64,000 nucleotides of DNA, taken from assembly GCA_963793305.1 (NCBI GenBank), contig CAWBZV010000014.1, forward strand, positions 64,001 through 128,000, written 5' to 3'. Source of the DNA: an uncultured Gemmatimonadales bacterium (lineage in GTDB: Bacteria > Gemmatimonadota > Gemmatimonadetes > Gemmatimonadales > Gemmatimonadaceae). A model generated the notes under the pieces. The model was not told the DNA's origin, did not search any database, and was given only the letters and a program-made list of their open reading frames with translations. Positions 9,704-19,891 of this stretch are shown here, piece after piece (the stretch's first letter is position 1; each line of letters starts with the position of its first letter). The position numbers and the translations under genes were made by a program.

Positions 9704-10549
9704 TCGATGAGTCATTTCATCTCACCCCGCTGGAACGTCAGGCGCACGGAGTTTCCCGCCGCGCTCCGTGGCTACGATCGCGCGCGCGTCGACGAGTTTC
9801 GCGACCGCGTCGCCAATGAGCTCGAGCGGCTCACGCGGCTCAATCATGAGCTCGAGAACAAGGCCAAGGGGTTCCACGAGCAGCTGCGGGCCTTCCGCGA
9901 GCGCGACAAGGCATTGAACGAGGCGCTCGTCTCGGCCCAGCAACTCCGCGCGGAGACGCGCGAGCAGGCCGAGCGAGAGGCACAACTGTCGCTTCGCGAG
10001 GCGAAGGCGGAAGGGGATCGCCTCGTGGATGCGGCCAAGGCCGAGGTACGGCGCTTGGCGGGAGAGATCGAGGCCCTCGAGCGGTCCCGCCGGGCGTATC
10101 TCGCTCAGCTGCGTTCGATGGTCGCCCGGCAGCTCGCGGAGCTCGAGGCGATCCCTGAGACCAGCGCGAGTTACACGGCGCCTGCGGCGACCGCGACATC
10201 AATGCCACCGGCTGCGGCGACAACAGCGACGGCGACTAGTGGCCAGGGCGAGGCGGCCGCGGGACGCGGTGAACCGGCCACGGGCGGTAAGGGCCGTAAG
10301 GAGCCCACGACTGGCGGGAGCAAGCCGCCGGTGCCAGCTACGACCGGTGCCGCGCAAGGGGCTCCGCCGCCACCACCGCCGGGGGCTTCCCCGCGGACGA
10401 CGACGGTGCCGCTCGCGGCGGTGCCCGCCAATGGGGCTGCGCCGGAGACGGATGAGAAGAAGCCCGAGGACAAGAAAGAGTCAGATGACACGGCGCGTCA
10501 GCACGTGCAGACGCCAGGTTGGCTCAAGGCGGTTCCGAGCGACAAATGA
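9700..10549 (+). CDS. divIVA: DivIVA-domain protein with long low-complexity tail (apparent +1 frameshift at ~9734)
   Basis: GTG at 9700 overlaps the yggS stop. Removing one A restores LTPLDVRRTEF..LRGYDRARVDEF, the DivIVA N-terminus. A coiled coil follows, then a Pro/Ala/Thr-rich tail. Confidence 0.85.
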
Positions 10550-11445
10550 CCTTCCGAACCACGCCGCCCGCGTCTGAAGTCACGCAGGAGCACGCCGCGG
10601 TGATGCCGGATGGCATCCCTCCGTATCTCCACGTCTCGGAGCGGATCAACGCCGCCGCGTCGGTCGTCCGCTCGCAGTTCCGGCACCGCCCCCAGGTCGC
10701 GCTCATCCTCGGCACGGGCCTCGGCGGTCTCGCGCGCGAGATCGACGTCGCGGTGACGATCGAGTACGGGGATATCCCGTACTTCCCGCTCTCGACGGTC
10801 GAGTCGCATGTCGGGCGGCTGCTCTGCGGCACACTCGCGGGCAAGACGGTCATCGCGATGCAGGGAAGATTTCACCGGTACGAGGGGTACACGCTGCAGC
10901 AGGTGACGTTTCCGGTGCGCGTGCTCCGCGCGTTGGGCGCCGAGACCTTGATCGTCTCGAATGCGTGTGGCGGGTTGAGGGGCGATTGGCAGACGGGCGA
11001 TTTGATGCTGATCTCGGATCACATCAATCTGCTCGGCGACAATCCGCTCATTGGTCCGAATGACCCATCGCTCGGGCCCCGGTTCCCTGACATGTCGGAC
11101 CCGTATGATCGGAATCTTCGTGCGTTGGCGCGGACGGTCGGGGAGCTCAAGGGCATCACGCTGCGAGAAGGGGTGTATACCGCGGTGACCGGACCAAGCC
11201 TGGAGACGCGGGCGGAGTATCGCGCGTTGCGGACGGTCGGCGCGGATGTCGTCGGCATGTCGACCGTGCCCGAGGTCATCGTTGCCGTCCACGGCGGCAT
11301 GCGCGTCCTCGGCGTGTCGATCATCACGGATCTCTGTTTACCCGATACTCTGGAGCCGACGGGCATCGAGCAGATCCTCGCGGTCGCGAATCGCAGCGAG
11401 CCTTTTCTGACCGCGCTGGTCTCCGGCGTGGTGGAGCGTCTGTGA
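10546..11445 (+). CDS. punA: Purine-nucleoside phosphorylase (trimeric type)
   Basis: ILGTGLG, MQGRFHRYEG, GPSLETRAE, VGMSTVPEV. Confidence 0.92.
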   Translation: MTFRTTPPASEVTQEHAAVMPDGIPPYLHVSERINAAASVVRSQFRHRPQVALILGTGLGGLAREIDVAVTIEYGDIPYFPLSTVESHVGRLLCGTLAGKTVIAMQGRFHRYEGYTLQQVTFPVRVLRALGAETLIVSNACGGLRGDWQTGDLMLISDHINLLGDNPLIGPNDPSLGPRFPDMSDPYDRNLRALARTVGELKGITLREGVYTAVTGPSLETRAEYRALRTVGADVVGMSTVPEVIVAVHGGMRVLGVSIITDLCLPDTLEPTGIEQILAVANRSEPFLTALVSGVVERL

Positions 11446-14400
11446 CCGCGGTTGATTCACCACGTTCGATGTACCGCCTGCCGCCGTCGCTCCTAGAAGC
11501 CGAGAAGGAAACGCTGGCCCGGTGGACCGACGAGCGACTGTTCGATCAGACGCTCGCGGCCAGCGAAGGCCGGCCCATGTTCGTGTTCTACGAAGGGCCG
11601 CCGACCGCGAATGGGCGGCCCGGCATCCATCACGTGTTCGCGCGAACTATAAAAGATCTCTTCTGTCGCCATAGGGCTATGCGTGGCTTTCATGTACCAC
11701 GTAAGGCCGGTTGGGACACGCACGGGTTGCCCGTCGAGATCGAGATCGAGAAGAAGCTCGGGCTCAAGGGCAAGCCGGACATCGAGACCTTCGGCGTGGT
11801 CGAGTTCAATCGCCTCTCGCGCGAGAGTGTCTGGCAGTATCGGGCCGAGTGGGAAAAGCTCAGCGAGCGCTTTGGATACTGGCTCGACTACGCGCATCCG
11901 TACGTCACGTACTCGAACGAGTATATCGAGAGCGAGTGGTGGGCGTTGGCGGAGTTGTTCCGCCGCGGGCTGTTGTACCAGGGCTTCAAAGTCCTGCCGT
12001 ATTGCCCGCGTTGCGAGACGGCGCTCTCCAGTCACGAAGTAGCGCTTGGCTACGACGACGAGACGGATCCCAGCGTCTATGTGGCGTTGCCACTCGAGGA
12101 CGGGCGCAAGATTCTGGTTTGGACCACGACGCCTTGGACTCTCGTGTCCAACGTCGCGTTGGCCGTGCGGCCCGATCTCGATTACGTCGAGGTCGAGCAC
12201 GATGGGACGATCTTGATTCTCGCCGCTGCGCGGCTCGAACCCGTGTTCGGTGGGGAGTGGGTTGAGCGTCGGCGCTTGAAGGGAACGGATCTGATCGGCC
12301 TTCGCTACAAGCGCCCGCTAGACTGGGTCGCGTATCCCCCCGAGGGCAACCACGAGATCATCGTCGGCGAGGATTTTGTCACCGCCGAAGATGGGAGCGG
12401 GGTCGTCCACATGGCGCCGGCATTCGGCGCCGATGATTTCGCGGCGATGCAGCATCACGGCTTGGCGTTTCTGCAGCCGGTCAACGTGCATGGAGAGTTC
12501 GACGCCAAAGTCCCGGTGGTCGGTGGGTTTGGTGTACGGCAGGCCAATGAGAGCATCATCGCCGAGCTGAAGAAGCTCGGCGTCCTGTTCAAGGCCGAAG
12601 CATTCACGCACTCGTACCCACACTGCTGGCGTTGCTCGACGCCGCTCCTGTACTACGCCCGCACGTCGTACTTCGTCCGTACGACGGCGGTCAAAGACGA
12701 GATGCTGGCCCGGAATGCCAAGATCGATTGGCATCCGCCCGAGGTTGGCACCGGGCGATTTGGTGAATGGCTGGCCGGCAATATCGATTGGGCGATCTCG
12801 CGCGATCGATATTGGGGCACGCCGTTGCCGCTCTGGGTCTGTGACAACGAGCGCGCGCATACGGAGGCGGTTGGGAGCTACGCCGAGCTGGCGCAGAAAA
12901 TCGGGCAACCGTTGCCCGAGGGCTTCGATCCGCACAAACCGGAAATCGACCGGTACACGTGGACCTGCGCGCAGTGCGGCGGGACGATGCGGCGCGTCAA
13001 TGAGGTCATCGACGCCTGGTTCGACTCGGGGTCGATGCCGTTCGCGCAATGGCATTACCCGTTCGAGCATCGGCAGGTCGTCGAGCGCCAGTTCCCCGCC
13101 GATTTCATCGCCGAGGGCGTGGATCAGACGCGCGGGTGGTTCTACTCGATGCTGGCCATTGCGACGACGCTCGGGGACGCGCTTCCCAACAACGACAAAG
13201 GGCGAGCCTCTCCCTACAAGAGCGTCGTCGTGAACGACCTCGTGCTCGACGCACAGGGTCAGAAGATGTCGAAGTCGCGCGGGAATACCGTCGATCCATG
13301 GGGCGTGATCGACCGCCACGGCGCCGACGCGCTGCGGCTCTTTCTGGTGCGCTCGGCGCAAGTGTGGCTGCCGCGGCGGTTCGACGAAGACGCGATCCGG
13401 GACGTCGTCGGCGGGTTTCTCAATGCGCTCGTCAATTCGTACAAGTTCTTCGCCGAGCTCGCGAATCTGACGCCCGAGCCGACGACTGGAGAGCGCACGG
13501 TACTAGACCGGTGGCTGCTTTCCAGGCTGGCGCGGGTCGAGCGCGAGGCGGATCAGTACTTCACGCGGTTCGAGGCGACCGACGCCGCCCGCGTCGTCAT
13601 GGACTTCGTCGAGAACGACGTCTCACGGTGGTATATCCGCCTGTCACGGCCGCGATTCTGGGCCGAGGATCGCTCAGCGTTCGAGACGCTGCGCGAGGCG
13701 CTCGTCGTGTCGTGCCGCCTGATGGCCCCCATCGCGCCGTTCGTGACCGACTGGATACACCGCGAGCTCACCGGATCGTCCGTCCATCTGTCATCGTTCG
13801 TGCGCCAACATCCGGACGCGACGAACGACGAACTGGAGCGGGCCATGGACGATGTGCGGGAGCTCGTCGGCACTGGCCGCACAGCGCGCGAGACGGCGGG
13901 TATTAAGGTCCGGCAGCCGCTGTCGCGGGTCGTTTGTGTGCTGCCTCACGGCAGGTCCCGGAAGGCGGTCGAAGCTTTGACACCGTTGCTGGCCAGCGAG
14001 CTCAACGTCAAGCGCGTGGAGTTTCTCGACGCGGCTGATTCGCTCGTGACCCTGACGGCCAAGGCCAATTTTCGGACGCTCGGAAAGAAGTTCGGGAAAG
14101 GCACGCCGTTGGCCGCCGAAGCGGTGACGAAGTTATCGAGTGCGCAGTTGGCAGCGTTTCAAAGGGGGGAGGCGCCGATCAGTGTGACCGTCGGGGATCA
14201 AACGCATCGCCTCGATCCCGAGGATATCGTGATCACACACGGGACCGCCGGGAACCTGGTGGTCGAAGAGCGGGGCGGATACGTGGCGGCCATTGATCCG
14301 GCGGTAACGCCGGAACTGGAACAGGAGGGACTCGCACGCGAGGTGATCCGTCAGGTCCAGATTCTGCGAAAGGAGTCGGGACTGGTCGTGAGTGACCGCA

Positions 14401-14606
14401 TTCGACTTGCCGTCTGGGGTGACCTAGGCGTCGAGGAGGCAGTCCGCGGTCACCGGGACTGGATCGCCGGAGAGGTGCTCGCCCGAGAGCTGATCATCGG
14501 GGAAGGGAACGTAGTTGTTGCCAATGGCGAATTTGACGCGAAGCGCGGCGTGCAGTTGGACGGACGCACGGTGCACCTCGCCTTGACTAGGGAAGTCGAA
14601 CGATGA
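11442..14606 (+). CDS. ileS: Isoleucine--tRNA ligase, type 2 (long form)
   Basis: EGPPTANG, GWDTHGLPVE, DWAISRDRYWGTP, EGVDQTRGWFY, KMSKS. 1054 aa. Confidence 0.96.
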   Translation: MTAVDSPRSMYRLPPSLLEAEKETLARWTDERLFDQTLAASEGRPMFVFYEGPPTANGRPGIHHVFARTIKDLFCRHRAMRGFHVPRKAGWDTHGLPVEIEIEKKLGLKGKPDIETFGVVEFNRLSRESVWQYRAEWEKLSERFGYWLDYAHPYVTYSNEYIESEWWALAELFRRGLLYQGFKVLPYCPRCETALSSHEVALGYDDETDPSVYVALPLEDGRKILVWTTTPWTLVSNVALAVRPDLDYVEVEHDGTILILAAARLEPVFGGEWVERRRLKGTDLIGLRYKRPLDWVAYPPEGNHEIIVGEDFVTAEDGSGVVHMAPAFGADDFAAMQHHGLAFLQPVNVHGEFDAKVPVVGGFGVRQANESIIAELKKLGVLFKAEAFTHSYPHCWRCSTPLLYYARTSYFVRTTAVKDEMLARNAKIDWHPPEVGTGRFGEWLAGNIDWAISRDRYWGTPLPLWVCDNERAHTEAVGSYAELAQKIGQPLPEGFDPHKPEIDRYTWTCAQCGGTMRRVNEVIDAWFDSGSMPFAQWHYPFEHRQVVERQFPADFIAEGVDQTRGWFYSMLAIATTLGDALPNNDKGRASPYKSVVVNDLVLDAQGQKMSKSRGNTVDPWGVIDRHGADALRLFLVRSAQVWLPRRFDEDAIRDVVGGFLNALVNSYKFFAELANLTPEPTTGERTVLDRWLLSRLARVEREADQYFTRFEATDAARVVMDFVENDVSRWYIRLSRPRFWAEDRSAFETLREALVVSCRLMAPIAPFVTDWIHRELTGSSVHLSSFVRQHPDATNDELERAMDDVRELVGTGRTARETAGIKVRQPLSRVVCVLPHGRSRKAVEALTPLLASELNVKRVEFLDAADSLVTLTAKANFRTLGKKFGKGTPLAAEAVTKLSSAQLAAFQRGEAPISVTVGDQTHRLDPEDIVITHGTAGNLVVEERGGYVAAIDPAVTPELEQEGLAREVIRQVQILRKESGLVVSDRIRLAVWGDLGVEEAVRGHRDWIAGEVLARELIIGEGNVVVANGEFDAKRGVQLDGRTVHLALTREVER

Positions 14607-15016
14607 CATCACCGACCGTGAAGAAAGCCAAGTCGATGTCGAAGAAGCAGCTCGGGCACTTCGAGAAGCGGCTGTTGGAGGAGCGGAAGCGCGTCCTCAA
14701 GGAGCTCGGCAATTACAGCGAAGCTTTCGGCGCGACCATGCAGAATTCCGATGGCGACTTGAGCTCATATTCCTTCCATATGGCGGATCAAGGGACCGAC
14801 GCCATGGAACGCGAGAAGGCGTTTCTGTTCGCGAGCCAAGAGGGGCGCTTTCTGTGGCATATTGATGAGGCGCTTCGTCGCCTGTACCGTTCGCCGGAGA
14901 CGTTCGGCAAATGTCATCAGTGCGGGGAAGAGATAGCGTTCGAGCGGTTGGATGCCCTGCCGCATGCTAGGTTTTGCTTCTCCTGCAAGCAGCGCGAGGA
15001 AGATGGAAAGAAATAG
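14603..15016 (+). CDS. DksA/TraR family C4 zinc-finger protein
   Basis: Coiled coil with HMADQGTDAMERE, plus CHQC...CFSC. Confidence 0.88.
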   Translation: MTSPTVKKAKSMSKKQLGHFEKRLLEERKRVLKELGNYSEAFGATMQNSDGDLSSYSFHMADQGTDAMEREKAFLFASQEGRFLWHIDEALRRLYRSPETFGKCHQCGEEIAFERLDALPHARFCFSCKQREEDGKK

Positions 15017-15534
15017 TACCAACGCCAGAGTCTTCTGGGGCGTCTTGATCACCGTCGTCTTGCTGGACGTGGTGACCAAGCAGATGGCGGTGACCCAGCT
15101 CATGCCGAGACAGCTCCCCCACGAGGTGTTGGGAGACGCGATCCGGTTTACGCTCGTATTCAACGAAGGGGCGGCCTTTGGCCTCAAGTTCGGGCCGCTC
15201 TCGAGGTGGATTTTCCTCGGGGCCACGCTCGTGGCGTTGGTGATACTGGGGCGGCTGTACCGGGCGACCAAGGCCGGGGACGTGCTGCGGACGCTGGCGC
15301 TCGGGCTCGTGTGCGGCGGTGCGGTCGGCAATCTCATTGACCGCATCCGGTCGCCCATGGGCGTCGTGGACTTCATCGAACGTCGGGCTCCGCGAGCACC
15401 GGTGGCCGACGTTCAATGTCGCTGACATGGCCGTGAGCACGGGGGCCATTTTGCTCGCGTGGGTCCTGTGGAGCGAGGACCGTCACCACGCGACTCCGGT
15501 GAGCGCACCGAGCGAGACGCGCGAGGTGTCGTGA
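15003..15534 (+). CDS. lspA: Lipoprotein signal peptidase II (apparent +1 frameshift at ~15379)
   Basis: NEGAAFG and GNLIDR. Removing one A restores VVDFIDVG..WPTFNVAD. Confidence 0.9.
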
Positions 15535-16493
15535 GCGGCGCCGGCGACGCCGGCGCCCGCTACGAGTTTGTCGTCCCACCCGATTCGGCCGCCCGCCTCG
15601 ACCTCGCGATCGTTGCGGCGACCGGGTTGTCCCGCAACCAGGCGGCGACGCTGATCGCCACCGGACAGGTTACCATCGACGGTCGCCGCGAGAGGGCGAG
15701 TTTCCGACCCCTCCCCGGAGCGCGGATCGTGGTCGACCTCCCTCCGGCGCCCGACCACCCGCTGGTGGCCGAGGACATCCCACTCTCGATCGTCTACGAG
15801 GACGAGTCGCTCCTCGTCGTCGATAAGGCCGCGGGGATGGTCGTTCACCCTGCGCCTGGGAATTGGAGCGGCACGCTGGTCAACGCCCTGCTCGGTCGCG
15901 GCGCCGCGCATTTGGTGCATCGCCTCGATAAAGAAACGTCCGGGCTTCTCGTCGTCGCCAAGAGCGAAAAAGTGCAGCGGCAGCTGCAGAGCGCATTGGC
16001 GGCGAGACAGCTGAAACGTTTGTATGCGGCGCTCAGCTGGGGACATCTGACAAGTGACCACATCACGGTCGACAAACCAGTTGGCCGCGATCCCCGAGAC
16101 CGAAAGCGGATGGCGATCGTCACTACAGGTCGACCGGCGAGGACAGACTTCGCCCGGTTGGCGCGCTACGACTCGGTGGACCTCCTCCGAGCCCGGTTGC
16201 ACACGGGACGCACGCATCAAATTCGCGTGCACCTCGCGTCGATTGGGCACCCGGTGGTGGGCGATGACACGTACGGCGGCGGTGGCGGACGGCGCGTGGT
16301 GGCGCTCCCTCCGCATCGACACTTTCTGCACGCCGCGTGGCTTCGCTTCCGTCACCCGATCACGGGCGCCGACATGGACCTGAGATCGCCGCTGCCAGAC
16401 GATCTGCTTCGATCACTGGCCGCCGTTTCGTACGAGGACACCGGGCTGGACGATGTTGGCTTCTACCGAATCGAACCCGACGACAGTCGATGA
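15531..16493 (+). CDS. rluD: RluA/RluD family pseudouridine synthase
   Basis: S4-like N-terminus, VHRLDKETSG, TGRTHQIRVH. Confidence 0.92.
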   Translation: MSGAGDAGARYEFVVPPDSAARLDLAIVAATGLSRNQAATLIATGQVTIDGRRERASFRPLPGARIVVDLPPAPDHPLVAEDIPLSIVYEDESLLVVDKAAGMVVHPAPGNWSGTLVNALLGRGAAHLVHRLDKETSGLLVVAKSEKVQRQLQSALAARQLKRLYAALSWGHLTSDHITVDKPVGRDPRDRKRMAIVTTGRPARTDFARLARYDSVDLLRARLHTGRTHQIRVHLASIGHPVVGDDTYGGGGGRRVVALPPHRHFLHAAWLRFRHPITGADMDLRSPLPDDLLRSLAAVSYEDTGLDDVGFYRIEPDDSR

Positions 16494-16938
16494 GCAGTAC
16501 GCGAGCACCGCGGACGCGCCACGGTTATTGCTGTTCGGCGTGGGCGGGCGACTCTGCGCCTGTGAGCTGGACGCTATTCGCGAAATCGTTCCCTATCGAC
16601 AAGCCACGCGACTGCCCGGCGCGCCGCCGTTCGTCACGGGCCTGATCAATCTGCGGGGATCGATTCTGACGGTGATGGACCTGGGTCTCAGACTCGGGGG
16701 ATCACCCATTGATCCCACGCGGGGATCGATTGTGCTGGCGGAGGCGGGACCGCGCGTCATTGGCCTCGGCGTCGATGAGCTCCGAGACGTGCAACGCGTT
16801 CCGCGAACGCAGATCGAACCGGCCGACGGCGAGATCGGCTCGGGGGTGGTGAGCGGCGTGCTCCAAGTGGGGGAGGACGTCGCGATGTTGCTCGACGTGC
16901 GGGCGATCATCAAGCAAATCTTCGGGGGAAATCTGTGA
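16453..16938 (+). CDS. cheW: CheW adaptor 1
   Basis: TRLPGAPPFVTGLINLRGSI, GLGVDE. Start is uncertain. Confidence 0.88.
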   Translation: MLASTESNPTTVDEQYASTADAPRLLLFGVGGRLCACELDAIREIVPYRQATRLPGAPPFVTGLINLRGSILTVMDLGLRLGGSPIDPTRGSIVLAEAGPRVIGLGVDELRDVQRVPRTQIEPADGEIGSGVVSGVLQVGEDVAMLLDVRAIIKQIFGGNL

Positions 16939-17297
16939 GTCACTCAGTGCTGATCTGCGATGACGCGATCTTCATGCGGACGATGGTCGGCGACATCCTG
17001 ACCCAAGCCGGATTCGAGGTCGTCGGCGAGGCCGAGACGGGCCTGCAGGCGGTCGAGAAGTACAAGCAGCTGCGACCCGACCTCGTCACGATGGACATCG
17101 TGATGCCGGACATGGGTGGGATCGACGCGGTCCGCGAGATCACGAAGTTCGACGCCAACGCCAAGATCCTCATGTGCAGCGCGATGGGCCAGCAAGCGCT
17201 CGTCGTCGAGGCGATCCAGGCGGGCGCGAAAGACTTCGTCGTCAAACCTTTCCAGCCCAGCCGCGTGCTGGAAGCCGTCCAACGCGTCCTCGGCTAG
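16935..17297 (+). CDS. cheY: CheY single-domain response regulator
   Basis: DDAIFMR, DLVTMDIVMP, CSAMGQQ, KDFVVKPF. Resembles Bacillus/Thermotoga-type CheY. Confidence 0.93.
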   Translation: MSHSVLICDDAIFMRTMVGDILTQAGFEVVGEAETGLQAVEKYKQLRPDLVTMDIVMPDMGGIDAVREITKFDANAKILMCSAMGQQALVVEAIQAGAKDFVVKPFQPSRVLEAVQRVLG

Positions 17298-17303
17298 CTC
17301 CTC

Positions 17304-19253
17304 GTGGACACGTCGCGGTACGCCGAGCTCTTTCTCACCGAGAGCCGTGAGCATTTATCAGCCATCAACCACGCGCTGCTCGAAATGGAGCAGAACGGGG
17401 GGACGGCCGATACCGTAGGCGCATTGTTCCGCGCCGTGCACACGGTCAAGGGCATGAGCGCGACGATGGGGTACCACGACGTTGCTGATCTGTCGCACGA
17501 GTTGGAGACCCTGCTCGAGCGGTGTCGCCGGGGCGAGCTCGCGGTGACATCCCCACTGATGGATGTGTTGTTCAAGGCGGCCGACACCCTCGAATCGGCC
17601 ATCGAGAACGCCGTCGCTGACGGGCCTCCAGTCAAGATCGCCAAGATTATCGAGCGGTTGAAATCGATCAGCACCGAGACCACCAACGGTGGCTCGGCTC
17701 CGCGTCGCACGTCCGGCAAGGCCGCGCGCCAGCGCGCCGCGAAGAAGGCTGCGACGCCCTTATCCGTGCCGACGGTCGGCGCCGATCCCGGCACGATCGT
17801 CAAGGTCACGCTCGTCCCCGATACGCCGCTGCCCGGCGTACGCGCGGTGATGGTACTGAACAAGATCCGATCGCTCGGCAAGGTCGTCGCTGTCGATCCC
17901 CCAGAAGACGACTTGGCACACGACGGGTTCAACGGTTGCTTTACGTGCACGATGATCGGGGCGGCGCTCGCGCCCGAGATCGAGGACGCGATTCGCTCCG
18001 TGGGCGACGTTGACACCGTTCAGATCACGGGCGCGCCCGTCCTGGCCGCGCGCCGCGGCACAACGGTCCTCCAAGCCGTGGGCAACGAAGAGACCGGGGT
18101 CAAGCAGCAGCGCCATGTGCGCATCGATCTGCGCCGGCTCGATTCTCTCATGAATCTGATCGGCGAGTTGGTCATCACGCGCGGACGGTTGTTCGAGATC
18201 GGGCGCTCTCTGGCGGATCCGGCGCTCGACGACTCGCTCGCTCAGGCCTCGCGGCTCATCGGCGACCTCCAGGACGAGATCATGACCTGCCGCATGGTCC
18301 CCGTCTGGCAGGTCTTTGACCGGTTCCCACGTCTCGTTCGCGATGCCGCCCGTACGCTCGGAAAGGACGTCACGCTGGAGATCGAGGGCAAAGAGATCGA
18401 GCTCGATCGCTCGATGCTCGACGAGATCGGCGATCCGATCGTGCACTTGCTGCGCAATGCCGTCGATCATGGCATCGAGACGCCCGACGAGCGGGCCAAG
18501 CAGGGCAAGCCGGTCATCGGCCGCCTGACGCTGAGCGCGGCGCGCGATCGCTCGAACGTCCTGATAAGAGTCTCGGACGATGGGCGGGGGATCGATCGCG
18601 GGAAGGTGCTGAGAAAAGCCCAAGAGACGGGACTGATCGACCCGGCGACTGTGGAGCTCACCGACGAAGAGCTGATGCGGCTCATCTCCAAACCGGGATT
18701 CAGCACGGCGGAAGCCGTGACCGAGATCTCCGGACGGGGTGTGGGTATCGACGCGGTGCAGAATCGCGTCCGAGCCCTTGGCGGATCCGTCGATATCAGA
18801 ACCGCGCCGGGGCGCGGGACGACCGTCACGGCCAGGTTGCCCCTCACGCTGGCGATCATGCGAGCCCTGCTCGCGCGCGTCGCCAATGAAGTGTATGCGA
18901 TTCCGATGGCGCACGTGCGCGAGACGATCTCGCTCGACGGCGCAAATGTGTCGACGCTGCAGGGGAAACCCGTGCTGCTGCTGCGCGAGGTCGTCATGCC
19001 ACTCGTACGCCTGCGTGACGTGGTTGGGCTGCCGGGACGAGTGATCGAAGCGGGCGAGGACGCCGAGCAAGCCATCGTCGTCGAGCTGGCTGATAAAGAA
19101 GTCGCGGTCGTTGTCGACCAACTCCCGGGTCAGCAGGAGATCGTGGTGAAGCAGTTCGATGGGGTGCGCGGTGGCCTGAATCTGTTCACCGGTGCGACGA
19201 TCCTCGGCGACGGCGCGCCCGCCTTGATCGTCGATGTGAGCAGTCTTTTCTGA
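17304..19253 (+). CDS. cheA: CheA chemosensory histidine kinase
   Basis: HPt FRAVHTVKG, P2-like domain, LDSLMNLIGEL, HLLRNAVDHG, DDGRG, GFST..GRGVG, C-terminal CheW domain. Confidence 0.96.
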   Translation: MDTSRYAELFLTESREHLSAINHALLEMEQNGGTADTVGALFRAVHTVKGMSATMGYHDVADLSHELETLLERCRRGELAVTSPLMDVLFKAADTLESAIENAVADGPPVKIAKIIERLKSISTETTNGGSAPRRTSGKAARQRAAKKAATPLSVPTVGADPGTIVKVTLVPDTPLPGVRAVMVLNKIRSLGKVVAVDPPEDDLAHDGFNGCFTCTMIGAALAPEIEDAIRSVGDVDTVQITGAPVLAARRGTTVLQAVGNEETGVKQQRHVRIDLRRLDSLMNLIGELVITRGRLFEIGRSLADPALDDSLAQASRLIGDLQDEIMTCRMVPVWQVFDRFPRLVRDAARTLGKDVTLEIEGKEIELDRSMLDEIGDPIVHLLRNAVDHGIETPDERAKQGKPVIGRLTLSAARDRSNVLIRVSDDGRGIDRGKVLRKAQETGLIDPATVELTDEELMRLISKPGFSTAEAVTEISGRGVGIDAVQNRVRALGGSVDIRTAPGRGTTVTARLPLTLAIMRALLARVANEVYAIPMAHVRETISLDGANVSTLQGKPVLLLREVVMPLVRLRDVVGLPGRVIEAGEDAEQAIVVELADKEVAVVVDQLPGQQEIVVKQFDGVRGGLNLFTGATILGDGAPALIVDVSSLF

Positions 19254-19262
19254 GGCCCTGAA

Positions 19263-19883
19263 ATGGAAGACATTCGCTCGTTGAAGGCGATTCAACTCGA
19301 CGCGTTGCGCGAAGTCGCGAACATCGGCGCCGGCCATGCGGCCACCGCCCTGTCGCAGATGACCGGCAACACGATCATGATCAGCGTGCCGACGATCAAT
19401 ATCGCGCGGCTCGAGGACGTGCCACCGCAGATCTCCGGCCCGGAAGAGCCGGTGGCCGCGGTGCTCATGAACATGCTCGGCGACCTCACCGGTCGCACGT
19501 TGTTGGTCTTTCCCCGACCAACGGCGCTCCGGCTGTCCGACCTGATGCTCAATCGACCCGGGAACAACGGCGGCGATCTCGGGGAGTTGGAGCAATCGGC
19601 GATTAAAGAGTGCGGCAACATCCTGAGCGGCGCGTACATGAACGCCCTGAGCGATTTTATGGGCCTCATGCTGCTGCCGTCGCCGCCCAGCCTGGCCGTG
19701 GACATGTCCAGTGCGGTGCTGACGACGGCGTATCTGCAGTTCGGAACCGATCGCGACTACGTGTTCTGCGTCGAGAGCGAATTCCACATGCAGGACTTCA
19801 ACGAACGGCTGCGCGGGTTCTTCCTCCTCCTGCCGGACGTGGCCTCGCTGCATGCCATTCTGCGCGCCGTCAAGGTCGCGTAG
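19263..19883 (+). CDS. cheC: CheC phosphatase
   Basis: Two ExxN motifs: DALREVANIGAG and SAIKECGNIL. Confidence 0.92.
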   Translation: MEDIRSLKAIQLDALREVANIGAGHAATALSQMTGNTIMISVPTINIARLEDVPPQISGPEEPVAAVLMNMLGDLTGRTLLVFPRPTALRLSDLMLNRPGNNGGDLGELEQSAIKECGNILSGAYMNALSDFMGLMLLPSPPSLAVDMSSAVLTTAYLQFGTDRDYVFCVESEFHMQDFNERLRGFFLLLPDVASLHAILRAVKVA

Positions 19884-19891
19884 GCGCGGGT

